From positions 13,887-77,886 of the IMG/VR virus record IMGVR_UViG_3300044247_000057: a DNA stretch of 64,000 nt; one strand, given 5' to 3'. The DNA is from a virus (lineage: Duplodnaviria; Caudoviricetes). Positions within the stretch are counted from its first letter, which is position 1, and the number at the start of each line of letters is the position of its first letter. This document shows, one piece after another, positions 57,095 through 64,000 of this stretch. The position numbers and the translations under genes are program-made. The notes beneath the pieces are model-generated. The model was not told the origin of the DNA, did not search any database, and saw nothing but the letters and a program-made list of their open reading frames with translations.

Positions 57095-57979
57095 ATGGCC
57101 ATCGTCCCGCACGGCTTCGTCACGCCGCAGATCCGCTACCCCACTCCGCCCCCGGCTCCCCGGGAGGTGGCCCAGCGCACGGTATCGGTCATTCCCGATG
57201 ACTTCGCCATCTACAACGGACGCCCCCGGGTGCCGCAGATCTGGTGCAACGCCTCCACCCTGGTGGTCGCTGACGGCACCTACTACACCGAGCGGGACGC
57301 GGTGCAGGACGTCAACGACGACGCCTACGTCTCCTTCGTGCCGCTGGCCGACTACTACGACGACATCACCGGGGTCTGGACGCCCGTACGGGACGAGTCG
57401 GTGTCCCGGTACCGGATGGAGGGGAACATCTCGGCCAAGCCGTTCATCGAGGACGTCGAGTACCGACTGGGCAACGAGCGGTTCGCTCCGGACGCCATGG
57501 TGGTCTCCCCGCTGGCGACCATGAGCAGCAACTTCAACTCCGGCTTCGACGAGTCCTTCGACTTCACCCTGGGGATGGCGTTCAACCTGCGGACCGTCGA
57601 CCTCGACAACAACCCGTTCATGACCTTCGGCAACGGCGGCTGGATCGGTCTCAACAGTGCTGGTCTGCTGGCCAACTTCGGAGGCGCGACCTTCGGGGTG
57701 ACGATGCCCGCCTCCATGTTCATGCTGAAGCCGGTCTACCTGGTTCTGGACGTCCAGGAGGGCTTCCTGCGGCTGATGGCGGGGCTGGCCTCCGACAAGC
57801 TCTACCAGGGCTCGACTCCCATCAGCCGGACCGACGCCGTCTCGCTGGTCTTCAACCTGCAGGGGGAGCTCGATGTGTTCTCCCTCGACCTGTGGTCTGG
57901 TGAGGCTCCGCCTCCTGCTGAGATCGTGGCTCGGTACGCATCGGCGCTGGGAGCGCACAAGACCGTAGGGGTGTACTGA
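57095..57979 (+). CDS. Minor tail protein
   Basis: Tail-tip position; lectin-like beta-rich C-terminal half. Confidence 0.6.
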   Translation: MAIVPHGFVTPQIRYPTPPPAPREVAQRTVSVIPDDFAIYNGRPRVPQIWCNASTLVVADGTYYTERDAVQDVNDDAYVSFVPLADYYDDITGVWTPVRDESVSRYRMEGNISAKPFIEDVEYRLGNERFAPDAMVVSPLATMSSNFNSGFDESFDFTLGMAFNLRTVDLDNNPFMTFGNGGWIGLNSAGLLANFGGATFGVTMPASMFMLKPVYLVLDVQEGFLRLMAGLASDKLYQGSTPISRTDAVSLVFNLQGELDVFSLDLWSGEAPPPAEIVARYASALGAHKTVGVY

Positions 57980-60159
57980 TGGCCAACGACCCGGGTGTGC
58001 GGCTGCTGCGGGGCGGCCAGGGCTACTTCCAGGTGATCTTCACCCACCCGGACGGGAGGGCCAAGGACGTCACCTTCTTCCGGGGAGCCCCCACCAAGGT
58101 GGACTCTCTCGCCTTCAACGACCCGTTCGGTGACGCCACCGCCCAGATCAGCTTCGAGACCATCACCTCCTACGACTCACCAGGCTCCGGTGACCTGTAC
58201 TGGCTGGTGCCCTGGAGCCAGGTGACCATCCACTGGTGGGACATCATCGACGGCAAGGCGGTCCGTCACCCCACCTGGATCTGGGAGGGGTTCCTGATCT
58301 CGGAGGAGATCAACCAGCCCTACCAGCTGCAGTGCAAGGGCACCCTGTACCTCTACGACAACTACCTGGCGATCCCGTTCTACCCGACCAACCCGGTGCC
58401 GTACGAGCTGATGATGCAGCGCATCTTCGCCCAGGTGCCGACCAAGTGGAACAAGGCCATGCGGATCGACTGGCCCATCGGCTGGAACGTCACGGTGCCC
58501 AAGTTCAGCAGCCCCGACTACATGTGGTACCTGGCTCCCTGGGGCGTGGTGCCCGGCAACAAGTGGACGGGACTGACCACCCGCTCCACCGGGTCCTGGG
58601 AGCCCTCGCTGACCGGATACATCCAGGGCCTGCTGGCCACTATGTACACCCCGGACGGGGACCAGTGGACCATCATGAAGGCCTACGGCAGGCAGCCGGT
58701 GCTGCGGGTCAGAGAGCCCCTCACCTACCCCAACGCCAACACCCTGGTGGTCTACAACGGGGTGCCCGGGGTGCAGGTCACCGCCTCCCGGGACTACAGC
58801 CAGACCGCCAACGTGGTCTACGGCACCGGCCAGGACCTGCAGGGCACGGCCTTCACCGGGGCTCAGGTGTCATCAGACGGGGAGTCCACCTGGTACGAGC
58901 CGTTTGCCGCCCTGCCCCAGGTCTACCCGGCCTCGGCCTCCAACCTGCGGCGTATCCCCAGCATGATCCGCAAGGAGACCCAGACCCAGTTCAGCCAGGG
59001 GATCGACGAGAAGGCTGCCCGGGACGCGGCGATGACCCAGATCCGCAGGTTCGCCGACCCTGGCCTCACCGGCAGCATCACCTTGACCACCGACCCGATG
59101 CTGAACGAGCTGCCCTACAACCGGCTGCTGATCATCGCCGGACGGCAGATCCTGGTGAAGAACTTCCGGGGTGCCGACGTGCTGTTCCACATCTCCTCGG
59201 TGTCGGTCAGCCCTGAGGGCGGGTCGGTCTCCCTGACGGTGGACACCAAGTTCCGGGACGCGCTGACCATCGCTGAGGTCAATGCCCGTACGCGGGACGC
59301 AATGAACCCTGTGAACTCCTTGAAGGCCGGTCAGGTATCCGCGCTCACCAACGACGTCTCGAAGCCCTGGAGCTACTACGAGGGCTCTGGCGTGATCCCT
59401 TCCGGGTCCAAGGCGGGGGATGCCACCAAGTTCTTCGGCTCGATGCCCACCAACACCCCGTTCCCCTGGACGGACTGGACCAAGAAGTACCCGCCGAGCA
59501 AGTACCCGGAGTACTACATCAAGGTCTCCGACAAGGGCGGCAAAGCCAAGAAAGCCACCGACCGGTGGCAGGACTACGAGTGGAGCGCCAAGAATCAGTA
59601 CGCCCAGTGCATCCCCATCAAGGGAGCCCAGCGGGCCACCATCCGGCTGACCCAGATTGCCGCCTACGACAAGAACGGCAACGTGCTGGCGATCCCGTTC
59701 CACATCGGCTTCTACGACAACCACGGCACCAAGGTGGACGCGATGCCGATGATCCCGAAGAACCAGAAGGGGATGCCGCACGGCTACAAGGAGTCGGAGC
59801 GCTACCCGTTCTTCCCGACCGCCTTCAACTCCTTCAAGCGGACCGGTGAGCAGAACGACGACTCCGTGGGCATCTCCCCCGGCACCACCCGGCTGGCCGC
59901 CTGGGGAACGATGGAGGAGCCCGCTGGCTACTGGCCGTCCACCAAGGGAGCCAAGGGTCCGGTCACCGGGATGCTGGTGGACGAGAGCACCTGGGAGCTG
60001 ACTGCTGACGGCAACGAGATCGACATCAACAACCCCAACGCCAACATCACCAACAAGGCGGCAGGCCAGTTCTACGCGATGATCTTCCAGGACTCAGCTC
60101 CGGTCGCCTACTTCCTGGGACGCTGCTTCCGGGCCGACATCGGATCAGCGAGCGCGTAG
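57979..60159 (+). CDS. Tail hub / baseplate-like minor tail protein
   Basis: DPFGDATAQI, WEGFL, ANVVYGTG, RFADPGLTGSITL. Confidence 0.7.
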   Translation: MANDPGVRLLRGGQGYFQVIFTHPDGRAKDVTFFRGAPTKVDSLAFNDPFGDATAQISFETITSYDSPGSGDLYWLVPWSQVTIHWWDIIDGKAVRHPTWIWEGFLISEEINQPYQLQCKGTLYLYDNYLAIPFYPTNPVPYELMMQRIFAQVPTKWNKAMRIDWPIGWNVTVPKFSSPDYMWYLAPWGVVPGNKWTGLTTRSTGSWEPSLTGYIQGLLATMYTPDGDQWTIMKAYGRQPVLRVREPLTYPNANTLVVYNGVPGVQVTASRDYSQTANVVYGTGQDLQGTAFTGAQVSSDGESTWYEPFAALPQVYPASASNLRRIPSMIRKETQTQFSQGIDEKAARDAAMTQIRRFADPGLTGSITLTTDPMLNELPYNRLLIIAGRQILVKNFRGADVLFHISSVSVSPEGGSVSLTVDTKFRDALTIAEVNARTRDAMNPVNSLKAGQVSALTNDVSKPWSYYEGSGVIPSGSKAGDATKFFGSMPTNTPFPWTDWTKKYPPSKYPEYYIKVSDKGGKAKKATDRWQDYEWSAKNQYAQCIPIKGAQRATIRLTQIAAYDKNGNVLAIPFHIGFYDNHGTKVDAMPMIPKNQKGMPHGYKESERYPFFPTAFNSFKRTGEQNDDSVGISPGTTRLAAWGTMEEPAGYWPSTKGAKGPVTGMLVDESTWELTADGNEIDINNPNANITNKAAGQFYAMIFQDSAPVAYFLGRCFRADIGSASA

Positions 60160-60166
60160 GAGCGAC

Positions 60167-60538
60167 ATGGCCGACCAAGGGATCTTCAGCGACTACCAGG
60201 TGCACAAGTGGCTGACCGAGCTGAACAACAGCTGGGCGGCCCTGCACTTCGACAACCCGCAGGTGGCCAGTGCCTACGCCTCGGAGGTGTTCGGCGGTGC
60301 CTACAGCCGCAAGAAGATGGCGATGACCACTCCGAGCTCACGTTCCACGTGGAACATCAGCGCTATCTCCTGGACCGGTCTGCCCCAGGTGATGCTCACC
60401 CACGTCGGCTTCTGGGACCTGCAGTACAACGGCAACCTGATCGGCTCTGCCCCGTTGGCGGCGGTGAAACGGATCCTGAGCGGCGGTACCTACGCCCTCG
60501 GGGCCAAGCAGCTCGCCCTCAGCTTTCAGAACCTCTGA
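60167..60538 (+). CDS. Minor tail protein (paralogue of 56660-57094)
   Basis: WAALH..NP...EV.GGAYSR...N..AI.W...THVGFWD...GNL. Confidence 0.7.
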   Translation: MADQGIFSDYQVHKWLTELNNSWAALHFDNPQVASAYASEVFGGAYSRKKMAMTTPSSRSTWNISAISWTGLPQVMLTHVGFWDLQYNGNLIGSAPLAAVKRILSGGTYALGAKQLALSFQNL

Positions 60539-60569
60539 CCGGAAAATGGCATAAAAAAATGCCCTGAGA

Positions 60570-60591
60570 TGCCCCTCCCGAAGGAGGGGCA
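60570..60591 (-). terminator. Terminator hairpin with C(UUCG)G loop
   Basis: Minus strand TGCCCCTCC TTCG GGAGGGGCA, with a T7 run about 10 nt downstream. Confidence 0.7.
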
Positions 60592-60620
60592 ACTAGAGCA
60601 GAACGCAGAAAAAGGTTGGA

Positions 60621-60650
60621 CGCCCCCGGACCCTTGCGGGCCCGGGGGCG
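60621..60650 (-). terminator. Terminator hairpin with GCAA tetraloop (probably bidirectional)
   Basis: Minus strand CGCCCCCGGGCCC GCAA GGGTCCGGGGGCG then ...CCTTTTT; followed by ATTTT on the plus strand. Confidence 0.75.
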
Positions 60651-60661
60651 ATTTTGGTGGA

Positions 60662-61102
60662 TCAGTTTACACGGTAGACGGGCCCCAGGATATGGGGTCG
60701 CAGCTCCTCGTACATCCGCTCGAAGGCGGACTGGGGAACCATCCCGTTGCGCTTCACGAACAGCTCCCAGACCCGCTGGACGATGGCGTCCCAGTCATCG
60801 GCCTGCAGGAGGCCTGCACAGATGTCGCAGACCGCCCAGTCACCGATGTTCATGTCCGGCCCACCCTGCATGGCGTAGGTCTCCACCGGCAGCGTCCAGG
60901 TGGCGTCTTCGGCCAGGCAGAAGTCACACCTGATGGTGGCGTGGATCTGAGCGGCTGGCACCACGATGACCGGGTGGTCATCGGGGTCACCAGGACCGTG
61001 CCTGAACTGCGCCTTGCCCTCCTTGTGGTACCTGGCCAGGACCAGCCCACAGACGGCACAGGCCATCGGTGTGGGGTTGCGGCTCGGATCAGGCGTGATC
61101 AC
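60662..61102 (-). CDS. Hypothetical Zn-binding protein
   Basis: CAVC..H..DH, CDFC, WAVCDIC. Confidence 0.65.
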   Translation of the reverse strand: MITPDPSRNPTPMACAVCGLVLARYHKEGKAQFRHGPGDPDDHPVIVVPAAQIHATIRCDFCLAEDATWTLPVETYAMQGGPDMNIGDWAVCDICAGLLQADDWDAIVQRVWELFVKRNGMVPQSAFERMYEELRPHILGPVYRVN

Positions 61103-62154
61103 CGTGCCACCCGGTAGACCTTCGAGGTCTGCTTGATCGGAGCATCCTCAGGGCCCTTCCAGAAGGGGTTGACCCAGATGAGCTTGCGCTCCGACCGACC
61201 AGGACCACAGGCCTGCCAGCGTGGGTGACCTCTGACCATCCACCGGTGCTGCCACTGCACCCCTGACTCACCGTCCGCGTGCTGGTGCGGGTTGGCGGGC
61301 CTACGGAGCGTGATGACCGACACCTGGGGCGGGATCTTCATCCGCTCCAGCCGACGTTTGGTGGAACGGTCAGGATGCTCCTCCTGGATGTGAGCGATCT
61401 CCTGTCCCATCACCACCCACAGGGCGTAGAGCCAGCGCATCATGTTCGGACCATGGTCTCCGGTGAAGGAGACCAGGGTGTTCTCTGCGTTCTCCCGAGC
61501 CTCCGTCATGTGGAAGATCACCTCGTTGGTCCTCTCGTCCCGCATGTCGTGCGGACGAGACAGCGGCACCCCCCAGTCCATCGGCTGAACCAGATCTCCG
61601 TCCGCCCGGATGGCCATGAAGGTGAACACCCAGCGCAGACCCGGCGTCTCGTTGATGAGCGCCGACTTCAGCGACTGGGTGTCCGGGTGCCGCATGTCGG
61701 TGAACCCGAAGCAGGCCACCGACCGGTGCCTCCGGTTGTAGTCGGGGGACCACAGCAGCCAGTTGACGTGGATGGCCCAGTCCTCGGTCTCCTGCATGAC
61801 CAACGGCCTGTCCAGGTGAACCATCCCCCAGGCTGCGGGGGCCAGGTCCATCAGGAACTCCTCGTCGTCGGCCATGTCCTCCGCGACCCAGGTGACGACC
61901 TCCATCATGTCGGCGGTGACGTCGATGGCTATCGCGTTCCGGGCCATGTGGGAGACGACAGCAGGGATCTTCTGCACCATCGGGTCCTCGAACTTCTTGG
62001 AGAGGGAGGACTTGTCGAACCCGTTCTCCCCCTCCTGGACGTTCATCAGCATCGCGGCCACCATCAGCTGGAGGAGCTTGGTGGTGGGGTTCTCCTCGCC
62101 CTCGAAGGTGTGGACCATCTCCAGCTGCGAGGAGAGGATGTCCGTGGGCCTCAC
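61099..62154 (-). CDS. Conserved phage hypothetical protein
   Basis: C-terminal HRWMVRGH.R.Q.CGPG..ERK.IWV.P.WKGP motif. Confidence 0.75.
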   Translation of the reverse strand: MRPTDILSSQLEMVHTFEGEENPTTKLLQLMVAAMLMNVQEGENGFDKSSLSKKFEDPMVQKIPAVVSHMARNAIAIDVTADMMEVVTWVAEDMADDEEFLMDLAPAAWGMVHLDRPLVMQETEDWAIHVNWLLWSPDYNRRHRSVACFGFTDMRHPDTQSLKSALINETPGLRWVFTFMAIRADGDLVQPMDWGVPLSRPHDMRDERTNEVIFHMTEARENAENTLVSFTGDHGPNMMRWLYALWVVMGQEIAHIQEEHPDRSTKRRLERMKIPPQVSVITLRRPANPHQHADGESGVQWQHRWMVRGHPRWQACGPGRSERKLIWVNPFWKGPEDAPIKQTSKVYRVAR

Positions 62155-62597
62155 GAGCTCTTCTTCGGTCGGCCTCTACCACGGACCGGAGTCTGGCTCA
62201 TGGCCAGATCCAGCTGAGCACCGAGGATCAGACCCCGGTTGCCATCCACCCGACCCAGACCCTTGGTGGCGTACCGGGGCGGTCCCTCGTAGGTGGCGTT
62301 GATCTTCTCCAGGTACGTGTGACCACGCCGTGAGGTGATGGCGTAGAAGTCGTGCCTGATCATCGACTTGCCGGTCTCTGGGTCGATGCACCGGTCGCAC
62401 TTCAGCGTGCGCTTGGCGTAGACCACGTGCCCCATGTGGGGACGGGCACCGGCCTCGTGAGCCGAGTCCACGATCCTGAACGGCTCGATGATGTTGAACC
62501 GGTGCTGGCTGCCCCGGCATTCGAGATAGCCCTCGGGCATCTCGTCGACTGCTTCGAGGAATGCGTCCTCGACGTTCCGGACACTACGAAGTGCCAT
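62151..62597 (-). CDS. Hypothetical Zn-ribbon protein
   Basis: ECRGSQHRF...RTLKCDRC; start moved to ATG 62597 because of the AAGGAGAG RBS motif. Confidence 0.7.
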   Translation of the reverse strand: MALRSVRNVEDAFLEAVDEMPEGYLECRGSQHRFNIIEPFRIVDSAHEAGARPHMGHVVYAKRTLKCDRCIDPETGKSMIRHDFYAITSRRGHTYLEKINATYEGPPRYATKGLGRVDGNRGLILGAQLDLAMSQTPVRGRGRPKKSS

Positions 62598-62802
62598 CGC
62601 TCTCTCCTTGGTAGGTGCGGAGTTCTTGCTCACGTGGTGACCACTGCAGGTCCACGTCCATCCAGTCACCGTCCGGCAGCTCGACGGTGAAGTACCCCTC
62701 GTACTCGGGGTCCCGCTGGGTCTTCTGGGCCGCCTCGGCAGCTGCTCTGGGAGTGTCGGCTTCCACGTCGATCTCCCACCTGACTCGGAACTCAGGCATC
62801 AT
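62584..62802 (-). CDS. Hypothetical protein
   Basis: MMPEFRVRWEIDVEADTPRAAAEAA...; overlaps the upstream stop. Confidence 0.65.
   Translation of the reverse strand: MMPEFRVRWEIDVEADTPRAAAEAAQKTQRDPEYEGYFTVELPDGDWMDVDLQWSPREQELRTYQGESDGTS
62602..62616 (-). promoter_or_regulatory. Start-associated motif ACCTACCAAGGAGAG, copy 2
   Basis: Identical 15-mer to 63497-63511; 4 nt from the start codon. Confidence 0.7.
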
Positions 62803-63493
62803 CACTCCCCCGAAGCGTTGCTTGGGCACCACCGGTCCATCCGGCGATGCGGGCTGAAAGGTCCTCGTAGTAGTAGAAGGTCGTGTCCTGTGGCTTGATG
62901 TTCTCGTCCACAAAGTCATCGACCTGCTTCTTGCGGTCGACCAGCACCAGGTCTGATCCGGAGACCGACTTGGTGGCGTCCTCCTTCTCCTGCTGCAGCC
63001 GGTTGCCCACCGAGTTGCCGTAGGAGGCCAGGAACTGGGCCCGCTTGGTGTGCGCCAGCCAGTCGATGATCGCCTCGGTGGGTGGCATGAATCGCACGTA
63101 GTGATCCCAGTACGCCTGCAGGGCAACGGATGCCTGAGGGTGCAGGTAGTCCCAGAGGATCTTCAGCCGATCCACGTCGCTCCGGTGGCCGACCAGGTAC
63201 AAGATCACGAAGTCACCGGTCAGCATGCCGGAGGCGAGCACCCGCACGGTGCCCAGCCCCCTGGCGACGTTGTCCAGCAGCACACACCAGCCGTCCAGCG
63301 GCTGGTGCTCCATCCGGAACTGCTCGGTGATGATCAGCTGGTCTTCCTCAGCCGCCAGCATGGCGTCATCGACGCCCCACTTGGCCATCAGCCGGGTGGC
63401 TTGGGCCTGGTAGCTGTCTCGCTCGTGTTCGTTGGTGGTGCTCTTGGCCTTGGCCAGCAGAGCCTTGATCTTGCGGGCGTAGTCGCTCGCCAT
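62792..63493 (-). CDS. DUF2786-family protein
   Basis: KIKALLAKAKST.NEHE....A..LMAKWGV N-terminal motif; later LVG..SD and FL.SYG..V..RL. Confidence 0.8.
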   Translation of the reverse strand: MASDYARKIKALLAKAKSTTNEHERDSYQAQATRLMAKWGVDDAMLAAEEDQLIITEQFRMEHQPLDGWCVLLDNVARGLGTVRVLASGMLTGDFVILYLVGHRSDVDRLKILWDYLHPQASVALQAYWDHYVRFMPPTEAIIDWLAHTKRAQFLASYGNSVGNRLQQEKEDATKSVSGSDLVLVDRKKQVDDFVDENIKPQDTTFYYYEDLSARIAGWTGGAQATLRGSDDA

Positions 63494-63496
63494 GTT

Positions 63497-63511
63497 CTCT
63501 CCTTGGTAGGT
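63497..63511 (-). promoter_or_regulatory. Start-associated motif ACCTACCAAGGAGAG, copy 3
   Basis: 3 nt before ATG 63493. Confidence 0.7.
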
Positions 63512-63516
63512 AGGTG

Positions 63517-63744
63517 TTATCGGGGAACCGAGATCGGTCCCCGATGGGGTCGCATGACCAGACCTCCGAGCACCTGGATGATGCTGTCGAAGGACTCGGT
63601 CACGTCCAGGTACTCATCCCGGTCCTGCAGGAAGATCCTGGTGGTCTGGTCCAGCGGTGCCGCATAGGCGATGTTGCCGATGGGCACCAGGATCGGTCCT
63701 CCGATCTCCGCTGCTGAGGTCAGCAGCAGCATGTGCGGGGTCAT
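63517..63744 (-). CDS. Small protein, FlbD-like pattern
   Basis: LLLTS....PILVPIGNI......TRIFL.....LDVTESFDSI. Confidence 0.55.
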   Translation of the reverse strand: MTPHMLLLTSAAEIGGPILVPIGNIAYAAPLDQTTRIFLQDRDEYLDVTESFDSIIQVLGGLVMRPHRGPISVPR

Positions 63745-63836
63745 CCGAACACCTCGATCAGAACCATCCCGGTCGCGGCAACCACGATCAGGATCGAGAA
63801 GTAGGCCACCCGGTGCCACCTGATCTGGCGGCTCAT
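63741..63836 (-). CDS. 31-aa single-pass membrane peptide
   Basis: MSRQIRWHRVAYFSILIVVAATGMVLIEVFG*; ATGA overlaps at both ends. Confidence 0.6.
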   Translation of the reverse strand: MSRQIRWHRVAYFSILIVVAATGMVLIEVFG

Positions 63837-64000
63837 CGGTTCGGCATCTTCTTGACCAGGGCGATGAGCACGTGAGCGATGACCGACAACAGCACGTCGG
63901 TCTTGTACTCACCCGTCTGCGCCTTGACATTCTCACTGACCTGCTCCTCAGCCAGCGCCAGCAGCTTCTCGGCTGCCTCCAGGTGCTGCGGTGAGTTCAT
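63833..64000 (-). CDS. Small hypothetical protein (may extend beyond the window)
   Basis: MNSPQHLEAAEKLLALAEEQ...VLLSVIAHVLIALVKKMPNR*. Confidence 0.55.
   Translation of the reverse strand: MNSPQHLEAAEKLLALAEEQVSENVKAQTGEYKTDVLLSVIAHVLIALVKKMPNR

Noticed and set aside
33528-60169. Identical TAGGAGCGACATG at 33528 and 60157
   Set aside because: It is a stop codon fused to an SD and a start, with similar variants at 9016 and 16845. Ordinary RBS constraint explains it.

Overview
All 64 kb reads as one high-GC tailed phage genome segment. It is most likely an actinobacterial siphovirus (WhiB gene, long tape measure, tube-only tail). I saw no host genes, integrase, tRNA or CRISPR array. From left to right: a replication/recombination block (gp32-like SSB, DnaE, HNH, Cas4-like nuclease, RuvC, WhiB); small terminase, then ~10 kb of tail-fibre genes, then large terminase; small accessory genes and a holin; portal; an expanded ~20 kb head region; scaffold, cement and major capsid; neck and tail genes with the usual -1 frameshifted chaperone; a 2250-aa tape measure with three cell-wall hydrolase domains; tail-tip genes; tandem terminators; and a convergent minus-strand block of small genes. 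The most unusual part lies between portal and capsid. All 10 lysines of the scaffold sit in [VIL]-x-K-[SAGC], which looks like the cleavage code of the XkdF/S78-type prohead protease. The same code brackets about nine basic, Gly/Ala-rich hydrophobic modules spread over at least five genes, one of them the protease gene itself. It also precedes a HExxH zincin-like domain, a degenerate JAB/MPN-like domain and the MuF C-terminal extension. My inference is a set of polyproteins processed by the protease and packaged in the capsid as membrane-active or enzymatic cargo. A second, unannotated -1 slippery site (C CCA AAA plus a hairpin) appears to fuse the first two of these genes. Family names come from recalled motifs, not database searches.
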